Shown in pieces: positions 41,359-54,169 of a DNA stretch of 64,000 nucleotides. Numbering within the stretch: the stretch's first letter is position 1; every line of letters starts with the position of its first letter. A program made the position numbers and the translations under genes. Location: contig OZ024742.1 of NCBI GenBank assembly GCA_964016885.1, positions 223,758,001-223,822,000 of the forward strand, read 5' to 3'. The notes under the pieces were generated by a model that was not told the origin of the DNA, did no database searches, and saw only the letters and a list, made by a program, of their open reading frames with translations. Source of the stretch: Eledone cirrhosa (taxonomy: Eukaryota).

Positions 41359-42531
41359 ATATTAGGATAAGGATCCCATAACTCTGTGTGGAGACATAGA
41401 GGTACTGTCATATGGTGTGTCTAGGGCACTTTTTTTAAACCTGGCAGAACTCGACCCTCTCCAGGTCTGAACACAGCCAATTTTTTCTATAGAGGAAAAA
41501 TCGACCCCAGTACTGAACTGGTACTTTTTTTATCGACCTCAGAAGGACGAAAGGCAAAGTTGACCACGGTGGGATTTGAATTCAGAGCACACAATGAGGT
41601 GGGACGAATATTGTAAAGCATTCTATCTGACATCTTAACAATTCTGCCAATTCACTGCCTTCACATATATATAAAAGAGAGTAGCAATCTTAAACCATTT
41701 GATAGCTCTACAAATGTTACAATACATCTTATACAACAAATGCTGATGCTATTTCAATTTTGTTAAAAAGGAATAATTCTGAATATAAAAAAGCATTATT
41801 AAATATTGTACATCTTCAGAAACATTATAAACAATTATACAATGACCAGAGATTCAATAGGCTCAAAACAGTTGTACATTAAATATTTTGAGAAATTTAC
41901 CCTATCATCTCAATTTTTGTATATATTTTTACATATATATGATTGTCTCTCTCTCTATATATATAAATATATATATATATATACTCTGCAAAATGCATGT
42001 AACTGGGCAATACACAATAAAAATCTTATAAATGTAAACAAAACTTCCTCGTTTTTTCTAATATACACATACATATACATATCACCATCATCACCATTTA
42101 ACTCTACTCACATGTAGAGTGCACTGTGCAGGCTTCCTTGAAAGGACAAACATCCCAGGCTACACAGCACTGATTTTTCTATGCTAGCATGGGTTAGCCA
42201 AGTTGTCCCATTGTAAGACAAGCCAGATCAAGTAACTGTGTCTTGCTCATGGAGAACTGTTTCTGGCTTGGTTTCTACAGCTAGATGCCTTTCCTAACGC
42301 CAAAATATATACATAACTATTTCCACAATATAGTTGAGAGTGCACGTCTATGTTGCCGAAAGGCTCTGAAATGGTATTTTTTTCAACGTAGCGAACTTGG
42401 ACCCTTACGATTATATCTGTGTTTGTCTCTCTTTTATATTCAATTATATTATACGACTCAGAAAAGCCTCTTTCTTTGAGCTATTTAATTGTAAGAGACT
42501 ATTTTAGTTTCTAACTCAATATATACCTTTG

Positions 42532-42573
<42 letters not shown>

Positions 42574-42575
<2 letters not shown>

Positions 42576-43277
42576 AAGCCATTTATAGAGGAACAGTCAG
42601 CGGAGTTAGAATTAACAATGATTATAGTGAAGAATTTAGTGTGCAGGTAGGTGTTCATCAGGGCTCCGTCCTTAGCTCTCTCCTGTTTATTATTGCTCTA
42701 CAGGCTATAACAGAAGAGTTTAAGACTGGTTGCCCATGGGAACTTCTGTATGCAGATGATCTAAACATCATAGCTGAATCTGTGTCAGAATTAGAAAAGA
42801 AATTCCAAACCTGGTAGCTTGGCCTAGAATCATAAGGTCTTAAAGTTAACTTGTCAAAGACTAAAGTCCTTGTATGTAAAAATAAAAACAAGGCCCAGAT
42901 TCCCTCTGGGAAATGGCCTTGCTGAATGTGCAGGAAAGGAATAGGGAGAAATTCCAATATGTCTCAAACGGGTACATAAAAGATATAGTGGGACCACAGG
43001 CAGGCTATCAAAGAACGTGGGTCTTATATGCGGCCGATCCACAGGAGCAGCAAGAAACTACAGGATACTAGCTCCTTCAAATGCCCAGATGGTTCTGCAG
43101 GAAAATCAGCAATAGAGGAAGTTGTGTTGGTATCACAACAAAAAAGCATGCAGCCCACACTGTAAATGAGGTTGGCATGAGAAAGGGCAGGCTATGGTCA
43201 CCTGACCTCTAATGGGAAAACCTGACCATCTAACCCATGCTAGTGTGGAAAATGGATGTTATACAATGAAGATGATG

Positions 43278-43335
<58 letters not shown>

Positions 43336-44555
43336 GGTGTGTGTGTGTGTGTATATTCCCTTCCCTCAGGTGAAACCCATGTGGCATCCAACTTCAGAGA
43401 CCTGGGTGTAATTGTTTATAACATAAGCTGAACTACTCGTAAAACAGCAAAGTTGACATGTATATAGATATATATATATATACACATGTATATATATACA
43501 TATATATATATGTATATATATGTATATATACATATGTATATATATATATGCCCACAGAATACTAGCTCATTCCATTGCCCAGATGGTTCTATAGAAATAG
43601 TGGACACCTTCCGTTACTTGGGTGACAAAATCACCAGTGGTGGAGGGTGCTCTGAAAGTACTGTAGCTAGAGTCCGAACGGGATGGAAAAAGTTCAGAGA
43701 GCTTACACCACTATTGGCCGCTAAAGGTTTCTCTCTAAAAATAAAAGGCAGGCTGTATGATGCCTGCATACGAACAGCGATGTTACATGGCAGTGAGACA
43801 TGTGCCTTGTGTGCAGAGGATATACGCAGACTAGAGAGGAACGAAGCTTGCATGCTCCATTGGATGTGTAATAGTGATATACGCAAATGGCAAAGCATAA
43901 ATGAACTAAGTGAGAAATTAGGAATAAGAGGGATCAGATGCTGTTTACTCGAGAGAAGACTACGTAGGTATGGTCACGTGATGCGCATGAAAGATGACAG
44001 CTATATAAAAAAGTGCAGGGCGATCAAAATAGATGGTAGCTACGGAGTAGGCAGACCGAGAAAAACCTGGGACGACTTGATAAAATCCGACCACACACAC
44101 TTGCACCTCTCCAAGACAATGTCATTGGACCGAGATCTTTGGCGCTACGTAGTAATAGAGAAGACCCGCCTTGCCTAAGTACAAAGCGAAACCTACAGTC
44201 AGTAGGCACCTCTTAACCAAAATACACCCCCGTCCCAACCCTAACTCGATAGCCATCTACACCACCCCTTTCGATGTAAAGCTATGTTGGTACCACAACA
44301 TCCAGTCCTAAATAAATGAGGTTGTGTAGGTGTCATGACAAAAAAACACAGTCCACGCTGTAATGTGGCCGTGTAGGTAACACTGTAAAAACCTCCCAGT
44401 CCACACTGTAAACGTGGTTGGTGTTAGGAAGGGCATCCAGCCGTAGAAAACCCGCCAGACAGTCCTGAGCAAGACAACCAATCTTGCCTCAAGTGGGACA
44501 ATTCCCGTCCAGACCCATGCTAGCGTGGAAGATGGACGTTAAAAGATGATGATGA
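42574..44555 (+). mobile_element. RTE LINE fragments interrupted by microsatellites
   Basis: VGVHQGSVLS...LYADDL (42574-43100); FRYLGD...MLHGSET...GRPRKTW (43555-44178), followed by the 3' UTR and (TGA)n tail. Confidence 0.85.
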
Positions 44556-44605
44556 TATATATACATATGTATGTATATATACATATGTATATCTATATAT
44601 ATATG

Positions 44606-44658
<53 letters not shown>

Positions 44659-44664
44659 GTATAC

Positions 44665-44695
<31 letters not shown>

Positions 44696-45110
44696 TAGTA
44701 AAACCTACTACAGCCAGTAGGCATCTCTAACAAAATACCCCCCCCCCCGTCCCACCACCCCCAACCCATCCACGCCACCCCGTTCTATGTAAAGTTGTGT
44801 TGGTGCCACACCATCCAGGCCGAAACAAATGAGATCGTGTAGGTGTCACGACAAAAAAACACACAGTCCACGCTGTAATGTGGCCGTGTAGGCAACACGG
44901 TAAAAACCTCCCAGACCCACACTGTAAATGTGGTTGGTGTTAGGAAGGGCATCCAACTGTAGAAAACCTGCCAGACAGTCCTATGCGAGCAAGACAATCA
45001 CTCTTGCCTCAAGTGGGACTACCCCCGTCCAAACCCATGCAAGCGTGGAACACGGACGTTAAACGTTGATGATGATGATACGTATATATATATATATATA
45101 CATACACGTT

Positions 45111-45150
45111 GCTCTGAGGAACACCAACAGTGTGAAACAGATATGTCAGC
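45111..45150 (+). ncRNA. Minimal type I hammerhead ribozyme motif
   Basis: GCT-CTGAGGA-ACAC(caaca)GTGT-GAAA-CA(gata)TG-TC-AGC: complete core, GUC cleavage triplet, stem I only 3 bp. Confidence 0.7.
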
Positions 45151-45258
45151 TTCTCTCCCTTCCTTTGCTGAAAATGAAGTGACACAGTCACTACTTTAAA
45201 ATAATAGTGCAAGGTCTTCAAAATGTTTTTAATTAAATACAGTATATTACCAAATTTT

Positions 45259-45294
<36 letters not shown>

Positions 45295-45396
45295 CATACA
45301 TAGATATATATATACATACATATGTATATATATATATACACATCATCATCATCACCATTTTATGTCCGTTCTTCCACGCTAGCATGGGTTAGGCAG

Positions 45397-45430
<34 letters not shown>

Positions 45431-45491
45431 TTTATATATATGTATATTAATTCAAAATATTAACAAAAATAGACGTTCATGTGATCAAGTA

Positions 45492-45558
45492 TATTTTATA
45501 ATACATATTTCAGAGGTACTGAGCTATCTTCAACAGTACGTCCTCATCAGATAAAATA
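45492..45558 (-). ncRNA. Type I hammerhead ribozyme motif
   Basis: The minus strand reads TATTTTAT-CTGATGA-GGAcGTACTG(12 nt)CAGTACcTCT-GAAA-TATGTA-TT-ATAAAATA: 8-bp stem I, long stem II, short stem III. Confidence 0.8.
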
Positions 45559-45743
45559 AGATGATGTATGACATACCCTGACTAAGTAGATGGTTAAGAT
45601 TCAGTCATAGTAGTAATATTAAATGTCTATTTTTGTTAATATTTTGAATTAATATTAATAACTCGGGAAAACCATTACTGTGGAGTGCTTCCAATCTATT
45701 GTAAAACTTTCTTTGATTTATTCATTGAACCTTGTTTAACCTT

Positions 45744-45811
<68 letters not shown>

Positions 45812-46429
45812 CAGGAACTGATTCTGGCTTGATATCTACAGCTGGATGCCCATCCTAACACCAACCTCATTTACAGTGAGTGCTGGGTGCTTTTTTTTCG
45901 TAGCGCCTTCACGTCCACTTTACAGTGTGGGCTGGGTGTTTTTTTGCCGTGGCACCTCCACGACCACTTTGCAGTGGAATGATAGGGAACCCAGTCCTAT
46001 CATCTCATTTCTACAGCTGAGTAAACTGGAGCAATGTGAAACAAAGTGTCTTGCTCAAGGAAACAACACATCACCCGGTCAATTGCAAACCCAATGTTCT
46101 AACCACCAAACCATGCGCCTTCACATATATATATACGCATATGTACATAAATATATATATAGGGATATGTACATATATATATATATATATATATGTACAT
46201 ATACGTATATATATATACATAAGTGTATATATATATATATTTATATACATATGCGTATATATATATATATGTGAAGGCGCATGGTTTAGTGGTTAGAGCA
46301 TTGGGTTTGCAATTGACCGGGTGATGTGTTGTTTCCTTGAGCAAGACACTTTGTTTCACATTGCTCCAGTTTTATATATATTATGAAATACGGTTGGCTT
46401 TTTGCTACAATGTTTCTATACCTTTCATT

Positions 46430-46810
46430 TATATATATATATATATATATATGTACATAAGTATATATATATATATATATACATATATACATAAACATGC
46501 ATATATATATATACATAAGTCATAAGTATATATATATAAATAAGTATACATATATATAAGTATATATATATATACATACATATGTATATATATATACATA
46601 TGTATATATATATATACATATGTATATATATATATACATACATATGTATATATATATACATATGTATATATATATATATATACATATGTATATATATATA
46701 CATATGTATATATATATACATATGTATATATATATATATATACATATGTATATATATATATATATACATATGTATATATATACATACATATGTATATATA
46801 TATACATATG

Positions 46811-46848
<38 letters not shown>

Positions 46849-47340
46849 TATGTATATATATATATATATATACATATGTATATATATATATATACATATG
46901 TATATATATATACATACATATGTATATATATACATATATATATATACATAAGTATATATATACATATATATATACATATATATATATATACATAAGTATA
47001 TATATACATATATATATATATGTATATATATATGCAATGAGGTCGTGGAGGTGCCACAGCAAAAAAGCACCCAGCACTCACTGTAAATGAGGTTGGTGTT
47101 AGGAAGGGCATCCAGCTGTAGAAATCAAGCCAGAATCAGTTCCCGTCCCACCCTTGCAAGCAGGGAAAAGCGGACGTAAAATGAAATGAAAATGATGAAA
47201 TGAAATATGTATATATATATATATATACATAAGTATATATATACAATTAAGTTAAAGATGTACATCCATATATGTATACTGAAATACTAGTATGTATATG
47301 AATACACACACGTATACATATGTAGATGTACCAAGTTTTT

Positions 47341-47398
<58 letters not shown>

Positions 47399-49359
47399 CA
47401 TATGTATATATATACATATATATATATATACATGGAGGTGCCACGGCAAAAAAGCACCCAGCACTCACTGTAAATGAGGTTGGTGTTAGGAAGGGCATCC
47501 AGCTGTAGAAATCAAGCCAGAATCAGTTCCCGTCCCACCCTTGCAAGCAGGGAAAAGTGGACGTAAAATGAGATGATGATGATATATATACATGTGTATA
47601 TACATGTGTATATATATACATATACATATATACATGTGTATATATATATACATATACATATACATACATATATATATACATATACATATATACATGTGTA
47701 TATACACGTGTATATATATACATATATATATATATATACATATACACACATATATATATACATATACACACATATATATATACATATACACACATATATA
47801 TATACATATACATATATACACATATATATATACATATACGTATATACACATATATATATACATATACGTATATACACATATATATATATACATATACGTA
47901 TATACACATATATATATATACATATACGTATATACACATATATATATATACATATACATATATACATGTGTATATACATGTGTATATACATGTGTATATA
48001 TATACATATATATATACATATACATATATACATGTGTATATACATGTGTATATATATACATATATATATACATATGTATATATATATATATATACATAAG
48101 TATATATATACATATATATATACATATGTATATATATATATATACATAAGTATATATATACATATATATATACATATGTATATATATATATATACATAAG
48201 TATATATATACATATATATATACATATACATATATACATATATACATAAGTATATATATACATATCTATCTATCTATCTAAGGCGGGTAAAATTCCCGAG
48301 ATCCATGGACGAGTTCCCTCCAGCGGTCTCTGTCCCTCATTATCGCTGCCATATCCTGCATCTCCAACAGACCAGTGTCTGTCCTTAGGGCATCAACATA
48401 TGTTAACCTTGGTCTTCCTCTTCTAGTGTGTCCATGTAGGGGCTCCCAAAGGAGCACTGAGTGCAATGTCAACTCTGGATGTCGGTGAGCATGTCCAGCC
48501 AACCTCAGTCTCCTCTGTGTCACTTTTGAGCTGACTTTTGGGATGCTCCCATACAGCTCTGAGTTTTTCATCCTCAGTGTATACTGATTAATGTTCAGAG
48601 GCATCCTCAGCATATGTATATATGTATATACATATACATATACATATATACATGTGTATATACGTGTATATATATATATACATATATATATAAACAATTA
48701 AGTTAAAAATGTACATCCACATATGTATACTGAAATACTAGTATGCATATGAATACACACACGTGTACATATGTAGATGTACCGAGTTTTTCACTGGACA
48801 CGAAATTTAATTTCGTTTCGTTATTTGTTTTCATATATATATACATATATATATATATATACATATGTATATATATATATACATAAGTATATATATACAT
48901 ATATATATACATAAGTATATATATACATATATATATACATAAGTATATATATACATATATACATACATATATATATATACATATATATATACATATATAT
49001 ATACATATGTATATATATATACATATGTATATATATACATATATATACATATCTATATATATACATATATATATATTTACATATATATATACATATGTAT
49101 ATATTTACATATATATATACATATGTATATATATACATATATATATACATATGTATATATTTACATATATATATATATATACACATATGTATATATTTAC
49201 ATATATATATATACATATGTATATATTTACATATATATACATATGTGTATATTTACATATATATATACATGTATATATTTACATATACATATGTATATAT
49301 TTACATATACATATGTATATATTTACATATACATATGTATATATTTACATATACATATG

Positions 49360-49402
<43 letters not shown>

Positions 49403-49418
49403 TTACATATATATATAC

Positions 49419-49452
<34 letters not shown>

Positions 49453-49468
49453 TTACATATATATATAC

Positions 49469-49502
<34 letters not shown>

Positions 49503-50063
49503 TTACATATATATATACATATACATATATATATATATATATATTTACATATATATATACATATGTATATATTTACATATATCTATACATATGTATAGAT
49601 ATATATATATATACATACATATGTATATATATATACATATGTATATATATATATATATCTATACATATGTATGTATATATAAATATATATATATATATAT
49701 ATCTATACATATGTATATATAAATATATATACATCAGTATATATAAATATATATACATCAGTATATATAAATATATATACATCAGAATATATAAATATAT
49801 ATACATCAGTATATATAAATATATATACATCAGTATATATAAATATATATACATCAGTATATATAAATATATATACATCAGTATATATAAATATATATAC
49901 ATCAGTATATATAAATATATATACATATGTATATATAAATATATATACATATGTATATATAAATATATATACATATGTATATATAAATATATATACATAT
50001 GTATATATAAATATATATACATATGTATATATATATATATATACATATGTATATATATATATA
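46430..50063. repeat. Compound (TA)n/(TACA)n microsatellite field with embedded RTE tails and a 22-bp minisatellite
   Basis: Direct reading; the 22-bp unit tatatacatcagtatatataaa repeats at about 49725-50020. Confidence 0.95.
48280..48612 (-). mobile_element. RTE-like LINE 3' end (third family)
   Basis: RRLRLAGHAHRHPE...LLWEPLHGHTRRGRPRLTYVDALRTDTG...RDRWRELV, followed by a (TAGA)n tail. Confidence 0.8.
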
Positions 50064-50841
50064 TTTTGTTTCTGAATTTGTTTAGCAAGATTCTTTATCT
50101 GAAATCGTGTGTTGAAACCGATATTGTTATACTTTGGGAGGGTCAATGTACTGAAGGACAATGTAGAAACAAAAATATAGTGTACATAGGTGAGACAGCT
50201 CGTAGTATAGGGGAACGGATAAATGAACACTGGCGAGACCTTCAAGATAATAAAGAATCATCTGTACTGTACCAACATGCTAAGATAGAACACAAGGGTA
50301 AATTAGAGAACATAGAAATAAAAATAGAATCTACACACAGAAAAGATGCAATGTTTAGACAAATTACAGAGGCAATAAACATAAAAGAATTACAACCAAA
50401 ATTAAATAGAAAATATGAGTGGAACAGCAACATCACAACTTACAATTAAGGACAAAATGAAAACACACACACACATAGAACAAACAACCAACCAATAACA
50501 TAAATAAATAAATAAATAAATAAATAAACAAATAGATAAATGAACATAAACACACACAGACACCCGGATGTGGCGCATGCGCAAACTGAGCACACAACAC
50601 ACACACAGAAACAAAATGGCGTAGGACAGAGAAAGGAGAGGCACAGAAACAAAGAAAGGAATCCCCAGTCACTGAAGAGGTCACAGAGTGTGTGACGAAA
50701 GGACTATGACTATATATAAACAACTATCTGGTTGTGGAACCAACCAACCAGAAATTTATAAATTTATAAATATATAATAAATTGAAGTGAAAGCAACTGG
50801 TGCGTGTGTTTCTTATTGGTAACATGACCCTCCCAAAGTAT

Positions 50842-50849
<8 letters not shown>
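50064..50849 (+). mobile_element. Penelope-like element: GIY-YIG C-terminus, pLTR and inverted 5' segment
   Basis: 50146-50449 encodes C-x4-[18 protein letters not shown]...SVLYQH...RQITEAINI...PKLN (GIY-YIG). A perfect 25-bp inverted repeat links 50121-50145 and 50825-50849; a hammerhead motif lies at 50667-50711. Confidence 0.88.
50667..50711 (+). ncRNA. Minimal type I hammerhead ribozyme motif in Penelope pLTR
   Basis: AGTCA-CTGAAGA-g-GTCACA(gagtg)TGTGAC-GAAA-GGAC-TA-TGACT; one extra nucleotide after A9. Confidence 0.82.
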
Positions 50850-50898
<49 letters not shown>

Positions 50899-51989
50899 CA
50901 TATCCACACTGTAAATGTGGTTGATGTTAGGAAGGGCATCCAGCCGTAGAAAGCCTGCCAGATAGTCCTATATGAGCGAGACACGGTCACCCGACCAACC
51001 TTGCCTCAAGTGGGACAACTCCCGTCTAACCCATGCTAGCGTGGAAAGTGGACGTTAAACGATGATGATGATGATGATGTATATATATCCATAAATATGT
51101 ATATATATGGAGGCACATGGCTTAGTGGTTAGAGCATTGGCCTTGCAATCGAAAGGATGTGAGTTCAATTCTCAGACCGGGTGATGTGTTGTTCCCTTGA
51201 GCAAGACACTTTATTTCACATTGCTCCAGTTTACTCAGATGTAGAAATGAGATGATAGGGATTGGGGTCCCTATCATTCCAAGTGGTCGTGCAGGTGCCA
51301 CAGCAAAAAAGCACCCAGCACTCACTGTAAATGAGGTTGGTGTTAGGAAGGGCATCCAGCTGTAGAAATCAAGCCAGAATCAGTTCTCGTCCCACCCTTG
51401 CAAGCAGGGAAAAACGGAAATAAAATTAAATGATGATGAAATGATATATATATATATATATATATATGTATATTTATATACATATGTATATATATAATAT
51501 GTATATATATATATATACATATGTATATATAAATCATCATCATCATCGTTTAACGTCCATATTCCACGCTTGCATGGGTTTAGACGGGAGTTTTCCCACT
51601 CGAGGCATAGGAATGTCTGGTGGGTTTTCTACGGCTTGATGCCCTTCCTAACACCAACCACATTTACAGTGTGGAACTGGGAGATTTTTACCGTGTTACC
51701 CACACGGCCACATTACAGTGTGGACTGTGTGTTTTTTTGCCATGACACCTACACGACCTCTTTTGTTTCGGGCTGGATGTTGTGGTACCAACATAACTTT
51801 ACATTGAAAGGGGTGGTGTGGATGGGGTGGGGGTAGTGGGACGGAGGTGTATATAAATATGTATATATATATATAAATATATATGTATATATATATATAA
51901 ATATATACGCATATGCATATATATATATATACGCATATGCAGATATATATATATAAATATATATACATATGTATATATATATATATACA

Positions 51990-53610
51990 GTGATATTGTC
52001 GGGGAGAAGTGTGTACTTAACGATGACGGCGTACTTGCCATCACCGACGCCGATAAGAAGGTAGCTTGGAAGTGTCATTATGAAAGGCTACTAAATGAGG
52101 AGAATAAATGGGAGAAAGACAGTCTCCCCCACATCGACCCAATAGAGGGACCAGCAGTGTTAGTCGAGGGTAGTATAATAAGTAAGGCAATCAAAGATAT
52201 GAAGACGGGCAAGGCGGCTGGGCCTTCGGAAATAGTTGCCGAGATGCTGAAGGCATCTGGTACGGTGGGACACACCATGGTCACCCGGATAGTCAACCAA
52301 GTCATACAGAATGGGGTTGTTCCACCAGGGCTCCTGTATGCTGATGACCTCGCACTCATAGCTGAATCTATGGTAGAACTAGAGAATAAATTCCAAACTT
52401 GGAAGCAGGGACTAGAAAGAAAGGGTCTCAAAGTCAACATGACAAAGACTAAGGTCCTTGTAAGTAGACGAGAAAACAGAACCCAGATCCCCTCAGGGAA
52501 ATGGCCTTGCTCAGTATGTAGGAAAGGTGTAGGTAGGAACTCCATTCTCTGCCCCAAATGCAAACAATGGGTACACAAGAGATGTAGCGGGATCTCAGGA
52601 AGCTTAATTAAGAATGTAGGATTCACATGCAGCAGCTGTGCTGATACAGCAAGCAGCAAACAGCCACAGGAAACAAGTACCACCAATCTCTGGGAGGGCC
52701 CTGTAGAAACAGTAGACAGCTTCTTCTACCTAGGTGACCGAATTAGCAGCGGAGGTGGGTGTTCAGAAAGTACAATAACTAGGGTAAGAACGGGATGGAA
52801 GAAGTTTAGGGAACTACTACCACTGCTAGCTGCAAAAGGCTTCTCCCTCAGAATGAAAGGCAGACTGTATGATGCGTGTATCCGAACAGCAATGTTGCAT
52901 GGTAGTGAGACCTGGGCGCTGAAGGTGGAAGACTTAGGTAGATTAGAGAGAAACGAAGCCTGCATGCTCCGATGGATGTGTAACAGTAATATACGTGAAC
53001 GACAAAGCATAAATGAATTGAGAGAGAGACTGAGCATAAGAGGAATCAAATGCTGTGTGCAGGAGAGGCGGTTGCGCTGGTATGGACATGTGATGCGTAT
53101 GAAGGATGACAGCTGCATAAAAAGGTGCAGAGCACTAGAAGTTGATGGAAACCGCGGATTGGGGAGACCCAAGATGACCTGGGATGAGGTGATAAAAGCC
53201 GACCTTACTCAATTGCACCTCTCAAAGACAATGACACACAACCGTGACTTCTGGCGTCACGCAGTAATACAGAGTACCCAACCTCCCATGGGTACAAGCT
53301 GAAGCATATAGACAATATGCCCACACACCCCCCACCGCAAGGTGGTCGTGGAGGTGCCACGGCAAAAAAGCACCCAGCCCACACTGTAAAGTGGACGTGT
53401 AGGCGCCACGAAAAAGCACCCAGCACTCACTGTAAATGAGGTTGGTGTTAGGGAGGGCATCCAGCTGTAGAAATCAAGCCAAATCAGTTCCTGTATGAGC
53501 AAGGCATGGTCAGCCAACCAGACACTGCCCACAACAGGACAACCCGTCTAACCCATGCTAGCGTGGAAGAACGGACGTAAAACGATGATGATGATGATGA
53601 TGATGATGAT
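51990..53610 (+). mobile_element. Young RTE LINE copy with in-frame internal deletion, intact 3' UTR
   Basis: Open frame [13 protein letters not shown]...GKAAGPSEI...QNGVVP|GLLYADDL...PHD-like finger...FYLGD...stop 53302; tandem-repeat UTR and (TGA)n tail. Confidence 0.92.
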
Positions 53611-53711
53611 ACATATATATATATATACATATACATATGTATATATATATACATATACATATGTATATATATATATATATATACATATACATATGTATAT
53701 ATATCCATATG

Positions 53712-53753
<42 letters not shown>

Positions 53754-54102
53754 CATATGTATGTATATATATATATATATATATATACATATGTATGTAT
53801 ATATATATACACATATGTATGTATATATATACATATGTATGTATATATATACATATGTATGTATATATATATATATATATATGTGTAGAGGTTATATTTA
53901 ATTTGTTGGGATACAACAAGCAAAATATTTTTATAACTGATATAAAGCACTCAACAAATTATTGGAGTAAATATACAATATATTAACAAATGGAAACTAT
54001 ATTTATAAAACCATATTTATTTCATTATACATTAGTTTTATAAATAAATATTGACATACCCTAGGGTATGTCAATATTTCATTATAAAACTAACCTATAT
54101 TA

Positions 54103-54169
54103 TATTTTATCTGATGAAAGCGCACCATAGTTTTGCCTTGGTGGCCCTTGAAATATGTATAATGAAATA
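54103..54169 (+). ncRNA. Type I hammerhead ribozyme motif
   Basis: TATTTTAT-CTGATGA-AAGcgCACCA(11 nt)TGGTGgccCTT-GAAA-TATGTA-TA-ATGAAATA. Stems I and III are near-identical to the 45492 motif; stem II differs in sequence but still pairs. Confidence 0.8.

Noticed and set aside
49007-50449. 480-aa ORF apparently fusing a Y/I/H-rich domain to GIY-YIG
   Set aside because: The first ~350 codons are stop-free microsatellite; only 50146-50449 is real PLE coding sequence.
51109-51185. tRNA-like sequence with GCA at the anticodon position
   Set aside because: Head of a multi-copy SINE with no proper acceptor stem, followed by the SINE body.
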